Source: Octopus vulgaris
Taxonomy: Eukaryota
DNA length: 64,000 nt
Assembly (NCBI GenBank): GCA_951406725.2
Contig: OX597817.1
Span: 62,744,001 to 62,808,000, forward strand
Reading direction: 5' to 3'
Shown here: positions 1 through 14,377 of the stretch, piece by piece
How positions within the stretch are numbered: the stretch's first letter is position 1
How the letters are laid out: each line of letters begins with the position of its first letter
Position numbers and translations under genes: made by a program
The notes under the pieces: generated by a model
Told to the model about the DNA's origin: nothing
Database searches by the model: none
What the model saw: the letters and a program-made list of their open reading frames with translations, nothing else

Positions 1-144
1 ATAAACCCATGCACAGATACACCTACACTCACATACACACACACACTCACACATAGTCATAGATATATAGATATAGATTTTTATATGTATCAGTGAATAT
101 ATACGTACATGCATACATAGGTACATACATACATATATACATAT

Positions 145-176
<32 letters not shown>

Positions 177-177
177 G

Positions 178-434
178 CTGAGACCCCCTTCGGTCATGAC
201 TGACCATGGGATTGCACCTAGAAAGTTACCCTCCCAGGCACAAGTCCGGTCAAGGTTGTTTATGGAAGACCAGCATTTGTCGTTGTATACCGGCCTCCCC
301 TCTCCAAGCCACCAGTGTTATCCAAGGGAAAGGCAAAGGCCGATACAGCTTGGCACCTATGACATCGCAACTCATTTCTACAGCTGAGTGAACTGAAGCA
401 ACGTGAAATAATGTGTCTTGCTCAAGAATACAAT
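178..434 (-). mobile_element. SINE family D (CORE-like), 5'-truncated copy
   Basis: Reverse complement of the body and tail of the SINE at 14378-14684 (catgaccgaagggggtctc tail, ttcttgagcaagacac core). Confidence 0.8.
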
Positions 435-517
435 AAGAGGTGTCACCTTAGTTTACTGGTAGTGAACAGCTGACACCGTAGTACATCTCCAGCGTTTGAA
501 GTTGTGCAAAAACAATA

Positions 518-545
518 AAATAATAATAATAATAATAATAATAAT

Positions 546-632
<87 letters not shown>
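518..632. repeat. (AAT)n microsatellite
   Basis: Direct reading; forms the 5' flank of the Dong/R4-like fragment. Confidence 0.95.
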
Positions 633-1177
633 TGCCAACACTATGGAATAACAACAGAAAGAAGACGGTATAGGCACACCCCACAAAAAGTATTAGAAAA
701 TGACAAGGCAACCATACTCTGAGATAAGCCAATACATACAGGTAGTGAAATCAATACTAACAGACCCGATATAGTTATCAGATATGACCAAGAAAAATCT
801 GTGATCTATTCAATGTATCTATCCCAACAGATGACAATGTATCTCTAAAGGAAACGGAGAAACTCTCAAAATACAAAGATATGGAGATAGAGATAACCCT
901 ATTTTGGAGCCTAAAAACAGAAACAGTTCCAATAATAATAGGTGCATTAGGTATGATTAGAAAGCATTCAGACAAATACATAACCAAAACATCAGGACTA
1001 ACAAATATATATAACAAATGGAAAATAGCATTACTATCCAGCGCACACATCCTACGTAAAGCACTTTGGAAACATTGAAAATAACAGCACCAAAAACAAA
1101 CTGCAGCACATACCTAAAGCAAACAGAGCTGCGCTCGGCAGTGCGGTGGAAGCACGTGATAAAAATAAGACTACTGA
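633..1177 (+). mobile_element. 3' end of a Dong/R4-clade non-LTR retrotransposon (restriction-like endonuclease), frameshifted
   Basis: Translates to NRPDIVI...PTDDNVSLKETEKLSKYKDMEIEI...VPIIIGALG...AHILRKAL, the PD-(D/E)xK RLE C-terminus. Flanked by (AAT)n on the left and (AAC/AAT)n on the right, matching the known Dong target. Confidence 0.85.
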
Positions 1178-1215
1178 ATAATGATAATAACAACAACAAC
1201 AACAACAACAACAAC

Positions 1216-1246
<31 letters not shown>

Positions 1247-1649
1247 GGACTTCCGTTATAATTATTCAGAGCTTAGGGATTTATACTTCCGTTTTTGTTA
1301 TTTATTTTCCTTTAATTTCCGTTATTGCAACACGGAAGCATGATTTTCACATATATGTAAATACGAAAAAATTAATCCTATGTGTGAGTTTCGTCTCAAA
1401 ATATAATTACGTGTCATTAAAAAAAATTATATATTATTTGTGCTCTAACGCCTAGGAACGGTATAACAGTAATTTAAACCTTTAACGTAATCCGGTCATT
1501 GCAACTATTGAATTTCCATATCAGGTCACGAATGAGTACAGCGGAAGTGACAGTCGATTGTAAAGATCTGCACCAATTTTATCAAACCTTATATACAGAA
1601 ATTTCTTGTTTTTTAAACCAGGCCTGCAGTCTTAATAACAATAACAATA

Positions 1650-2300
1650 CTTTTTTATACTATAGGCACTAAGCCTTGGTTATTTTAGTGTGTGTAGATG
1701 GAGAGTCGATCACGTTGATACCAGTCTTTATTTTATTGGCTGCAAAATGATGAAAGGCAAAGTCGACATCGGCTGAATTTGAACGCGGAACGTACGGCTG
1801 GAGAAATACTGCTGAGCATTTTCTCCAGCGTGCTAGCGGTTCCGCCAGCTAACCGCCTAAATAACAATGGCTTCAAATTTTGGCACATAGCCAGCAATTT
1901 TAGTGGGAGAAGATTAGTCGATTACCTCAGTCCCATTTCTCATCTGTTATTTATTTTGTAGACCCTGAAACGATGGAGAGGAAAGTCAACCTCAATGGTA
2001 TTTGAACTCAGACCATAAAGAGCCGGAAGAAATGCCGCTAAGTATTTTGTCCAACACACTATCGAGTTTTCCAGCTCTCCCCTTTAAATAATAGTCCCAA
2101 ATTTTTGGCACAATGCCAGGAATTCTTAGCAGGAAAAAGTAGTAAATTACATCGACCTCAGTGCTAAACTGGCACTTATTTTATTGGCCCCGAAAGGATG
2201 AAAATGTAAGTCGACCTTGACCGCATTTGAACTTAGACCATAAAGAGGTGAAAGAAGTAACACCAAGCATTTTGTCCGTCACTTTAACGAACCTGTCAAC
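1650..2300 (-). mobile_element. Cluster of degenerate SINE family B copies
   Basis: At least three copies of gatgaaaggcaaagtcgac...atttgaactcag variants. Confidence 0.7.
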
Positions 2301-2924
2301 TTAATATTCACTGCAAAGCATTTTCTTTTTCATTTTCTGATTTACAAGTCCCAAATAAGATCATCAATTCTAAAGAGTGGATATTTATGATATGTATTTT
2401 ATTGTATCGAAAAATTTGAAAACAAAGTTGGTGTCGGTCGTATATAAACCCGGAATGAAAACAGATGGATCAAATTATTCAAAGTATTTTTCCAACGCTA
2501 TAACTAGCCATTTCTATCTCGGAATGAATAACAAGACCACGCGCCCTGGCTGAATAACATGAATAATATCTCATAATATCTCCAATCTCAAACCAATATT
2601 AGTTAAAATAAAAGCAAAAATGAAAAGACCCTTATCAAAGAGCTCAGTATATGCAAATATGATTATTATACATTATTACACGAAATATAGCAATAAACTG
2701 GTAACATCGCTTGCACGTCGGACAAAGACTTAAGAGGATTTCAGATTTCCCTGAGATCGACACTGCCATTCATCCTTTGGAGCTCGATAAAATAAGTACC
2801 AGCTGAGCAATAGTCTCCATGTAATCGACTTTCCTCACATCCATCTAAATTGCTGGCTTTGCGCTAATATTTGAAACCATAGAGCGTTGAGTTGCCAGAA
2901 ACATTAGTGCATCGCACAAAATTA

Positions 2925-4460
2925 CACTATGTAACAAATTTTAGACTTTTGCTTGTTTTTCGTTATCAAGTGTTATTTCCAAATTGCTTTGTTCTTGAAA
3001 GAGAAAGAATATTATTATTAGTTCCTTCAAACTTTGGTTCAGTGGCCAGAACATTTATGTATTAAAAATATTTATATATGAAGCTTTAATCTGAATTAAT
3101 GATTTTAAAGTAATTATATTATTTAATGTTTATATAAATATATATATAATACAGGGAGATGAACCGCGTTTGGACAACAACGCAGCATGTAAACGTATAT
3201 CTATACTTATTTCTAGAACATTCTGGCAACACTGAATGCACTATATAAATAAAAGGATTCAGGAAATATAGACTCTTTAGTTCAGTTTACTTCTAGCTGT
3301 CAAAGTTATTGATAGCTGCATTCGTCACAGATGGCATCAAGAGGTTGTAAGAATCCGGCAGATGGATTTTGTTATATCTGTGATTAATTCATGTAGAGAA
3401 CAAGAAAGTAGTCTGTAACAGCTGCTAAAACGTGTGAGGTCTACAAGGTATATTTCGGTATTCCTGTCGGGGATCAGGATAAACCCTGAGCACCTCATTT
3501 CACCTGCGAACTCTGCAAAAGAACTCTAGAAGGTATGATGGAAAATTTTGCTTATTTGATAGTGGACTTTTTAAGTGTAAAATTTTGGATTTTTTTTCTA
3601 TTTTTTTCCTTTTTTTTTAACCTGTGGTATAGGAAATATGTATACAAAATATACAAAATGAAAATATACAAAATCAAGTATCATAGTAAATATTTCTTAA
3701 TGAGTGGACGATGATGAATGATTGGGAAAGCAAGTATTTTTATACTCATATTTTTATTTTGCTCTTTTGCAGGATGGTACAGAGGGGAAAAGAGCCATGA
3801 AATTCACAATCCCACGAATTTGGAGAGAACGAGCTGACCACTCAAACTACTGCTTCTTCTGCATGACTGACCCTTCCAAATTTCGAGCTGGCAAGAATGC
3901 ACTTGATATCATATATGCAGACTTGCTGTCATCAATCGCCCCAGTGAAACACTGCTCTGAGCTCCCAGTACCCACTCCTCCCAAGAACGAGCAGCCACCT
4001 TCAGAAGAGAGCAACACGCAAGAAGAGGTTGAAATAGTTGATCCAGATTTTAGAGATACAGCTAAAGGGAGAAACCCATACTGCCCCAACCAAAAAGACC
4101 TCAACGATCTTATCAGAGATCTTGGTCTCACAAAGTCTAATGCTGAACTTCTGACATCGAGACTGCGTCAGTGGAATTTGTTACACGAAGGTGTGCAAGT
4201 CACAAGATAGAGGAAGCGCAACCTGTATTTTTCAAATTTTTTTCACCAGTCAGGATAGGCGTTACTCCTGCCACAATCTTACTGGTCTGTTTGAGGCTAT
4301 TGGAATCGCTTGTAACCCCAGCGAGTGGCGCTTCTTCCTTAACAGCTCATCCAAGAGCCTCAAAGCCGTGATACTTCACAACGGGAATATATATCAGTCT
4401 CTTTCCTTGGATCACTCAGTGCAGCTCAAAGAGTAATACTGCAGCGTGAAGATCTTGCCG
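2925..4460 (+). mobile_element. Chapaev3-like (CMC superfamily) DNA transposon, 3'-truncated, with a transposase pseudogene
   Basis: Starts CACTATGTAACAA. ATG at 3331 gives MASRGCKNPADGFCYIC; then YFGIPVGDQDKP*APHFTCELCK; GT-AG intron 3533-3772; then PRIWRE..HSNYCFFC, LNDLIRDLGLTKSNAELLTSRLRQWNLL and EWRFFLNSSSKSLKAVILHNGN. Contains stops and frameshifts. Confidence 0.75.
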
Positions 4461-4644
4461 TTATTTACATACTGAGATAAAATCTCTCCTTGGTCAACTC
4501 CGCCGTCTATATCTACGTGATGGATAAACTATCAGTCCAGTAAATATATCGATGTAATTTATCTTTCCTCTCCACTCAAAATTGCTGGCCTTGTGCCAAA
4601 ACTTAGAAGGAATTATCATACAGGAAATATATTTTTCTTTTTCA

Positions 4645-4872
4645 TTTACTTCCTACATTCATTTGGCTCTGGCCATGCTGGGGAACCACATTGAAGAATT
4701 TTTAGTCAAATTGTATCGACCGTAGTTGTTCTTTTAAGTTTGGTACTCATTCTATCAGTTTCTTTTGCCGAACCGCTAACTTTCGAAAACGTAAACGCAC
4801 CAAAACCGGGTACCAAGCTGTGGTGGGAACAAACATGTGCACGCACGCGCACACACACACACTCACACACAT

Positions 4873-4951
<79 letters not shown>

Positions 4952-5113
4952 CGACTGGTTTCTTTCAGTTTCTGTCTACCAAATCCACTCACAACGCTTT
5001 GGTCGCCCCGAGGCTATATTGGAAGAAACTTGTTAAATGTGCCGCAGAGTGGTACCGAACCCGGTACCATGTGGTTGGGAAGCAAGCTTCTAACCACACA
5101 TCCACGCCCGCGC
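4645..5113 (-). mobile_element. SINE family A (tRNA head, internal microsatellite, CR1-like tail)
   Basis: Matches the family consensus seen at 36495-36868, reverse strand. Confidence 0.85.
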
Positions 5114-7177
5114 TTATATTGTTGAGTTAAAATTGATGTACGCAAATGAAGAAGCATACCAGAAAACAATTCAGCGGAAAGAAATATTATACACCAACAA
5201 AACAAAGTCAACAGAATCTGTATATTTTAAATTGAAATTATGTTATAAGTATATAATATAATTGGCGAAATTTTCTCCGACGTTCTGAGTTAATATTCAG
5301 AATGGATGGGATCAAATTTGGCTTTCTTCCCTCAGGCGTCAATAGAATTTTCTCCTCCCCACTCATCTAAAATGTTAGCAGAGTACCAAAATTTGAAACC
5401 ACCATATTATACCTATCACATGTGATTATTAGATTCAAAATGTATTTTTCAATTTAGACACAAACATACATAAAAATAAACAAATGAACACAGTGTGGAG
5501 AAGCAAGACAAAATTCTTGAATACAAAATAACTGAAGTAAAAAGAAAAAAAACTTTTCCGTACAAACATGGGAAATTGAAACGAACTTATAATGTAGCTA
5601 ATACAAAGAAGGAAAAAATTAAATATATTCATTGAAAAGTCAATCAGCTCCAAAGACACGACAGGCCGAGAGTTTATTGCCATCACAATAGCACAGTAAT
5701 GTAACACATGGTTCTAGATATGTTGTCGTCTCAAAAGGTGAGCTGTAAACAAAAAGGTCAGTATCTTCCCGCTACCCACCAGAAAAAAAAATGTGTTATT
5801 AGAAGAGATCTTCAGGTCAATGACCATCATATTGAGCTGTTTTATTCCCATTATACATCAACAGTATACGCAACATACACGATCTGTTACATAAAGACAT
5901 ATGAGTTGAACAGGAAATAGTTATACAACTCAAACGACTATACGGAAAAAGCATTGCACACCACAAAGCAACGAAAGTATCATAACAGAAGCCACCACAT
6001 ATAAAATATATAAGATTCTGCACAAGAAAGAGAATTACATAACAGAGACGATCACACATGCAATAAATGAACACCAAAAATTCTATAGAATCCATCACAC
6101 AAGAAAAACCTAAACAAAATATTATAGTAAACAACAAAAGACAAGAAGGAAAAGAAACGTAACTAAATAGAAAATATTCTGAAGCTTATAGAAGTTTCCA
6201 TGAAATATTCAGACACTCGGTTAAATACACGACCACGACAAAAGTATACGCTCGATCTACAAATATGATACGCAGATAATTTACTCTCGGACCACAAATA
6301 ACTACAGAGAAAGAACAATCACAACAAATGAACTAGAGTAATCGCTGAGAGCTTGACAGAAACCACAAGGAACACAGAAGAAAGATTTACAAAATGGATC
6401 AATAAGGATCAACGTAAATCTCAGCTCAAACAGAACATTGAACATGTTGTTCAACAAATAAATAGATATACGAATGAGGGTTCGTCAGTGAAATTCTACC
6501 CGTGGGAAACAAGCTACAGGAATTTCAAGTGATCCACTGATCTTATTTATTTAGTAGTAGTGTCACTATCAAAGGAGACTGGTCTTGATAACTGAACGGG
6601 ATGTTCCATACTCTCCTACATAGAAGAAAGGAAAGAACATATAGTGTATAAAATTTGAAAAGGACTATCCTTATTTACTGAACTAAAATGTCAAGCATCT
6701 GTACAAGGAAGAAAAAAATTCAGACGATGAAATAATATATATTACCAATTGAAAAGATAGAAAACAAGAAACTACAACGAGATGAAGGTTTAAACAAATC
6801 ACATCGATAAAAGATACGACATGAATCTTCGAAAAGTGTGATTGGTTCTTCTAGTGAAACCATCCTGCGATTCTTATGATAAGCCCGTTTCTCTCTCTTC
6901 TCTCTCTCTCTCTCTCTCCCTTTCTCTTCCTCTCTCTGCCTCTCTCTCCCTCCCTCTCCCTCTCTCTCCCTCTCTCTCTCTATCTATCTATCTCTATCTC
7001 TCTTTCTCAGCTTTTGTAACGGCTATTATTATATAGAATATAATATTGTATCTATCTTTTTCCTTCTGTCTCTTTCTTTCCTTTCTTTCTCTCTCTCTCT
7101 CTCTCTCTCTCTCCCTCTCTGTAAGTGTGTGTGAGTGGCGTATATGTATGTATCTTACACGGCATGCTGACGATTTT

Positions 7178-7390
7178 ACAAGCAGCGAGTTAGCAGAATC
7201 GTTAGCACGCCGGGAAAAATGCCTAGCAGCTTTTCATCCGCCATTACATTCCGAGGCCAAATTCCACCTAGGTCGACTTTGCCTTTTATCATCTCGGAGG
7301 CGATAAAATAAGTACCAGTTGAACACTGGAGTTGATGTAATCGACTTAACTCTTTCTCCCGAATTTGCGCCAAAGTTTGAAACCAATATT
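7178..7390 (+). mobile_element. SINE family B
   Basis: gcgagttagcagaatcgttagcacgccgg head and gtcgactttgccttt central domain. Confidence 0.75.
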
Positions 7391-7859
7391 CATATTTTCT
7401 TTATATATTCACGAATAAATAAATTTCTCTGTAGCTCATAATAAGTAATACTATTCAATGTAGAAGTTACTTAACAACAATATAGAAAGCAAACTGGAAG
7501 ATGATAATCTACGTTAAAACTCTAGATCTATCGTACATCTATTTGTAAACACATTTTCCGCTATATTTACGTTCATTTATATATTCGTGGTTTATTCAAA
7601 AGAAGAATAGCAAGTCCAATGACCCTGCTTATGTCTTTCGAGATTGATGAGTGACGCTAATGCTCGCAACAAAATAGACTTTGCTAAAAAGAAAAAAATT
7701 TTAAATGTGCTACATAACAATTTTAAAGGACAACAATTTTCTTACAACCATCCAAGAATATGAGTAGTTCCTTACGAAGGATTGTATAAATATACAGTTT
7801 CTGCCGACTACGACCCATTCACAGGATTGCAATTGACCTAAGATTATAGTAGAAAATGA

Positions 7860-8280
7860 TACGGCGAGTTGGCAGAAACGTTAGCACGCCGGCGAAATGC
7901 TTTGCGGTATTTCGTCTGCCGCTACGTTCTGAGTTCAAATTCCGCCGAGGTCGACTTTGCCTTTCATCCTTTCGGGGTCTATTAAATAAATACCAGTTAC
8001 GCACTGGGGTCGATATAATCGACTTAATCCCTTTGTCTGTCCGTTTGTCTGTCCTTGTTTGTCCTCTCTGTACCCTTGTGGGTTGTAAAGAAATAGTCAT
8101 TTCGTCTGTCGTTACGTTCTCAGTTCAAATTCCGCCGAGGTCGACTTTGCCTTTCATCCTTTCTGTGTCGATAAATAAAGTACCAGTTTTGCACTGGGGT
8201 CGATGTAATCGACTTAATCTCTTTGTCTGTTTTTGTCTGTCCCCTCTATATTTAGCCCCTTGTGGGCAATAAAGAAATAT
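7860..8280 (+). mobile_element. SINE family B with internal tandem duplication
   Basis: One head followed by two copies of the atttcgtctg...aaagaaata body. Confidence 0.85.
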
Positions 8281-9182
8281 ATAGTAGAAAATAATTGTCC
8301 TAGAGACCTCTCATTGTGACGGAGCCCAAAACCGTTCAGTTGCGAAGACGAGCTTTTGAAAACATATCAAAAGACAAAGACCACAGATATCTTCTGTTCA
8401 ATAAAGAGTATGCATGAATAAATGGCTGAGTTTCTTGTTTATAAACAAGTCGCTGCGCAACGTATATCGTAAAAACACAGCAATGCCTGTCTTTATATAT
8501 TGTCAGAGCAGTATTGTCGATTGAAGTTGTTGCAGTTCATAAATGGAAAGCTAGGTTTTAAGCTCGATAGAATTTGAGCTGGGTTTCAAATCGGAATGTT
8601 TCAAATCGGAAGGTGAATATCATTTCATAATATATTAACCTACATAATATATTAACCTACAGCTTCTCTCTTTCTAACTCTCCACACCTACTCTCACTCT
8701 CACACTCACTCCATTCAATCCCTCCTTCTCCCTCTCAACCGTTTTCTTTTTTCGCTTGACTGATAAAGACAGAAATTAAGAGGTAGTAAAGAGACACAAA
8801 AATAAGTAACAAAAAAAAGGAGGCGGTAAAAAAAGACAGAAAGATGTAAATAAAGACAGATAAAAAGGTGAAACAAAGGACAAAACAGAAACAGCTTCCG
8901 GGTAAACTGGAGCTGTGAGAGTGAGTTAGCGACAATGTTACCGAGCATGGGCGAAGAGAAAGGAAGGCCTAGGGGCAACAGTTTATTGGTTTATTGCTTG
9001 AAGTTTCTTTTGAAATAATTGACATAACGCTAAAGTAATTTATAAGAGATTCCGCTTTAGATGGTCGTTTGAAGCTGCACACATGGAATATGAAATCTAT
9101 GGTAATGAAAGAACAATAAAACGCAGCAATAACAACTGCAACAAGGACAGTATAAAGAACTACAATAACATTAATAAGAATG

Positions 9183-9199
9183 GTAATTATTATTATTAC

Positions 9200-9271
<72 letters not shown>

Positions 9272-9329
9272 CATTATTATTATTACTATCATCATCATCA
9301 TCATTATTATTATTACTATCATCATCAAA

Positions 9330-9384
<55 letters not shown>
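9183..9384. repeat. (ATT)n/(ATC)n microsatellite
   Basis: Direct reading. Confidence 0.95.
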
Positions 9385-9385
<1 letters not shown>

Positions 9386-9386
9386 C

Positions 9387-9700
9387 TGGAGTGGGTGTGT
9401 GGTAAGTAGCTTGCTTACCAACCACATGGTTCCGGGTTCAGTCCCACTGCGTGGCACCTTGGGCAAGTGTCTTCTACTATACCCTCGGTCCGACCAAAGC
9501 CTTGTTAGTGGATTTCGTTGACGGAAACTGAAAGAAGCCTGTCGTATATATATATACATGTGTGTGTGTATGTGTATGTGTGTGTGTGTGTGTGCGTGCG
9601 TGTTTGTGTGTCTGTAGTTCTTCCCCCAACATCGCTTGACAACCGGTGCTAGTGTGTTTACGTCCCCGTAACATAACGGTTCGGCAAAAGAGACCGATAG
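9387..9700 (+). mobile_element. SINE family A, 3'-truncated at a (GAA)n tract
   Basis: gtgtggtaagtagcttgc A-box region, ggttcagtccc B-box, ccttgggcaagtgtc core; (GAA)n at 9700-9791. Confidence 0.85.
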
Positions 9701-10724
9701 AAGAAGAAGAAGAAGAAGAAGAAGAAGAAGAAGAAGAAGAAGAAGAAGAAGAAGAAGAAAAAGAAGAAGAAGAAGAAGAAGAAGAAGAAGAATTGTTTCT
9801 GACTTAGGCACAAGACTAGCAATTTTGATAGGAGAGAGTTGATACTATCGTCCTGGAATCGAGCAGCGTTTTAAGCAGAAGGTTAAGGGTCGTTCTAAGA
9901 ACGGCGACAATCGGTCTTTATTTGTCACAAAGACGACAAATACTAGACAATAACAATGCTAACAGATCTCGGTGGTAGTAGCAAATATTTATCAGCTCCG
10001 GAGGAAGGAAAGGTAGTGTTGATCGCAGTTGGAATCTGAACTCAGATGGTAAGGAATCAAAATAAATATTGCAAACGACGCCCTAAGGATTCAGTCTGCT
10101 CGACGACCATAAATAAAAGTGAAATTTGTAAGACAGGATGTTTTGTTGTGTCGCGAATAGTATTTAAGAAGAAAAGAAAATCGGGCAAGAAATATAAGAT
10201 ACAAAAATTTGGAGAAAAATTTTAGCTTGACGGACAAATATCGTTTCTGTTGTAATAGATGGATTGTTCTTTATTAAACGGAGACATTGAAATTGAGACT
10301 TAGCAAGCGAACTGGCACTACCACAACAAGAATCCTTTGCTGGTTCTACACAGCTGGGGAGAGTAGCAATCATTAAAGGTCAAACTGAAGTTTTGGAAAA
10401 TAAAATTTGTTAGCATAACATTCCTTATGATATAATAATATTCATTGCTAACTGGAACAAATATATGAATAAACTATATACTGCTTTTGTCATTTCAGAA
10501 TGACCGCTATTGTGATTTTAGGTTACTACCGTCCTTATACTAGAATATTTCGCTTATTTTAATATTTTTATTACAGAATTAAGCAAGAATCTTCATATAA
10601 AAATACGAAACACAAACTTTGAGAATGTCTGTATCCAGTGAGAAAATCCATTTTTCATTTCAATTCTATTTATATAATTTTTACTGTAATTTTACCGTTT
10701 TACAACTAAACTAAAATGATGATA

Positions 10725-10938
10725 ATCGTTTCTGCTAAAAGGACAAGGCCTGGAATTTTGAGGGAGGGGACTTGTCGATTATATCGACCCCAGTGTTTCA
10801 CTGGTACTTAATTTATCGACCCCTAAAGGATGCAACACAGAGTTGACCTCGGTGGAATTTGAACTCAGAACGCAAAGGAGAGCGAAATGCCGCTAAGCAT
10901 TTTGTCCGATGAGTTAACGGTTCTGCCAACTCGAAGCC

Positions 10939-10942
<4 letters not shown>
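10725..10942 (-). mobile_element. SINE family B
   Basis: Homology to the other family B copies. Confidence 0.75.
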
Positions 10943-10990
<48 letters not shown>

Positions 10991-11511
10991 GTACCCTAAT
11001 GCAGTACGAGGTACTGGGTCCTATGGCTTATGATCTTAGCTGATTGAAAGTACTATCATGTACATGTTTAGTCTTGGTGTAAAAGATGGGCGACAGCAAA
11101 TATTCTGCTCAATACCACAGATTTACTTGTCAGTTGCTTAACCGTAACCAGTTGAGCATGCTCTTTAGTGGCTAATCACGAGCAGAAGTACTGGAGGAGC
11201 TTCATTGCCATGTGTTGAGAGAGGCTCTCTGGGGTTTGAATAGTACAACGTTTGAAACATGGGTGTTTCATTCATTATCCTTAAACAGCCCTTATTCAGG
11301 GACCTTTAGAGAGGGATGTGCTAGTCGACCTGAAGATAATTCTAACTGGATCTCTCCTGCAAGGTCATCGGCTGTTTACCTTGATATTAGATCATCATGT
11401 CACGCACATGTGGTTGTGATTCATGTGCCTGGTGTACCGTTATCAGACGGATAGTCATGATGGGTATATACGTACCCAGTGTCACTTTGATTGCATGCAC
11501 TGCTCTCACTC
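10991..11511 (+). repeat. ~520-bp insert embedded in (AAT)n; probable 3' UTR of an AAT-targeting retroelement
   Basis: GC-richer block with (AAT)n on both sides, the same context as the Dong/R4 fragments. No recognisable coding motif. Confidence 0.45.
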
Positions 11512-11547
11512 AGTAATAACAACAATAATAACAACAACAACAACAAC

Positions 11548-11601
<54 letters not shown>

Positions 11602-12014
11602 GATTTCAAATTTTGGCGCAAGTCTAAGTTTTGAGGAATGGGGTTTAATTGATTTTATCGATCATAGCGAGTCCACTGCTTAACTAATATATTATTTTAT
11701 CAACCCCGAAAGGGTAAATTTTAAAGTTACCCTCTGAAATAAGTATGTTAAGTACCGGAAAAATATCTCTAACGATTCTATAACTTTCATATGTGTTTCA
11801 AATGTTGACACATAACCCAGCAATATGGAGGGAAAGTGTTTATGTATACCATTGACACCAGTACTTGACGCGAACACTACTTTATGGATCCCGATTTGGT
11901 GAAAAGCAAAATTCACCTCAACGTGTTTCGAACCCAGAACGTAAGGAACCATAACAAATACAGCAAAGCATCTCTTTCGATGCCCTCATGGTTCTGTCAG
12001 CTCTCAATATAATA

Positions 12015-12210
12015 TTATTTCTTTATTGCCCACAAGGGGCTAAACACAGAGAGGACAAACAAGGACAGACAAGCGGATTAAGTCGATTATATCGACCCCA
12101 GTTCGTAATTGGTATTTACTTAATCGACCCCGAAAGGATGAAAGGCAAAATCTACCTCGGCGGAATTTGAACTCAGAACGCCCGGCGCGCTAACGTTTCT
12201 GCCAGCTCCT
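12015..12210 (-). mobile_element. SINE family B with internal deletion
   Basis: Tail tttctttattgcccacaagggg and central domain are present. Confidence 0.8.
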
Positions 12211-14377
12211 CATTATATATACTCAGTTTTCATATTATGGATTTCTACCTCAGTTCTGAAAAATGATAATAAACGATCGATAAGAATTATAGCTACTATC
12301 ACACAACGTATAAATTCAGATATTCTAAATAAAGAAGCCTATTAAAAGGCGAAAAGAAGTATTTTGTATTGAATTTTTGCAAATTAAATACACATGATGC
12401 AGTCAGTATCATAGGAACTCACTCCAACGTGATATACACGGCCAATATGTCACGTTCATTTTCATTTAGGTGTAACAACTATAATGGTTGTTGTTTATAT
12501 CGTATAACGTTATATGCACCGATAGAAATATTCTCCTAAACCTATCAATAGATATAAACGTAGAACGAAATCAATACTTTCTGTGAAAAGCTATCGTTAA
12601 TATCTAGGTTTTATTTTCTGAGTAATTCATGATACTTTAGTCAGGTGAATACGGGACATAGCGTTCTTTTATAGAAAATCAAAATGTATTTTATATATGC
12701 GCAACTTTGTCTACGTGTGGATAGGTCCATATGATAACTGACGCCAATGACGGTGATATTATGTTGTCGATCAACTGACATCAACAGTTTCAAATTTAAG
12801 TGCAAGTTCAGCAATTTTAAGAGAAGGAGTAAGCTATACCATAGACTTCAGCACTTGTCTAGCATTTTATACAGGCTGCAATAGAAAAATGACATCTATT
12901 TGACGTGATGATTGGTGCAGCTCAACTGAAGCCAGGCAGGTGCTAAGAGCGTCTTCATAAAGCTAATGTCATCGCTTTTTCTAATTTTTTTTTTAGTTAC
13001 CGTCATTGTTTAGACTGACACACACCGAGCGTTTGGTGTTGAAACTCTTAGCAAAAAATGGAACATCTGGTGGGCTATTTTCCTATGCTTTTATCATCGA
13101 CATTGGCGGCTGGTGAAATGAAATTAAACTTGGCAGGATTTGAACACAGAAGCACATAGGGATTATGAGAAAGACTAACGATTTTGTCAATCCGCACACC
13201 CTAACACTTTTAAAAAGAGGAAAGGGTGCATCGAGTAACGAAAATACTTAAAATATAAATATGGCTGATTTTGATCTTGATAATCCTTTCCCCTATAGGC
13301 ACAATATCTGAAATTTTGGTAGAGAGAAGTAGATGATTAAATTGAGTATACTGCTCAACAGAAACTTACTTTGTCGATATCGAAAGGGATAAAAAGCAAA
13401 GTCGACCTCTGTGGCATTTTAATTCAGAATGTAAAGAGCCGGAAGAAATGTTGATAAGTAATTTTCCGGCGTGCTAACGATTCTACCAGCTAGTTCGCGA
13501 CTTTGATCTTGACTTTCATGATAACAATATTTAATATCTAATATATGTCCGAGGAAATGTGGTATACGTTTCGCTTCTGGGGAGCTTCGGTGACTTAACA
13601 AAAATGTTCTTGGCTTGACTGTCTTCCCAAATTCTAATACATCTACCACTTAATTCTTAATTCGTTGTTGGAAATCACTCGATGAAATTCATTGCATGAA
13701 TAGAAAATGTTGTTATATAAACCACCTTTACACAGTGTGGCTTTCGAGCTTGAAAATTCAATTTTCTGTTAATTTAATGACTGCTTCCTAGAAATTATCT
13801 CCCCTATATTTTGAGAGCCGTTGACGATTGCTGCAAAGTTGAAATATTCTTTCTCCAAAATGTCGCTATCAAAATTTCTATATACCAGAATGTATACACT
13901 GAGTAGTCTTTAAGTTCAGCTGTCTGAAAGTTAGCTGTCTTTTAATTTATTAATTGCTTCCTAGAAGGTATCACGCCTACATTTTGAGAGCCGCTAACAA
14001 TATATATAAGGTTTAAGTTCCCCTTATCCAACCAAGACACAAATTCTAATTCGTTTAGAATGCTTTGCGTACATCAGTACCTGCTTCATATTTATATAGT
14101 TTCTCCTCACGTCTTTTAAGTTCAATTGATTTAACAACTCGCTGTAAAATAATTTAAATCTAATACAAATTGTGTATGCAGATTTCAAATTATCTTGATA
14201 ACAATTTCGTTGAAAGAAAATCAACTTTCATGTCATTTGATATAATAAAATATTAAAAGAAAATTGCAAATATGATTTATACGAAAATGACGATGATGAA
14301 AGAGGTGATTAAGCAAATATATTAACAGTAATTTTATGAAATTATCAGAAATATGTGTGTGTGTGTGTGTGTGTGTG

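Noticed and set aside
5400-6880. A-rich strand-biased block, possibly an old retroelement
   Set aside because: No convincing protein motif could be read by eye.
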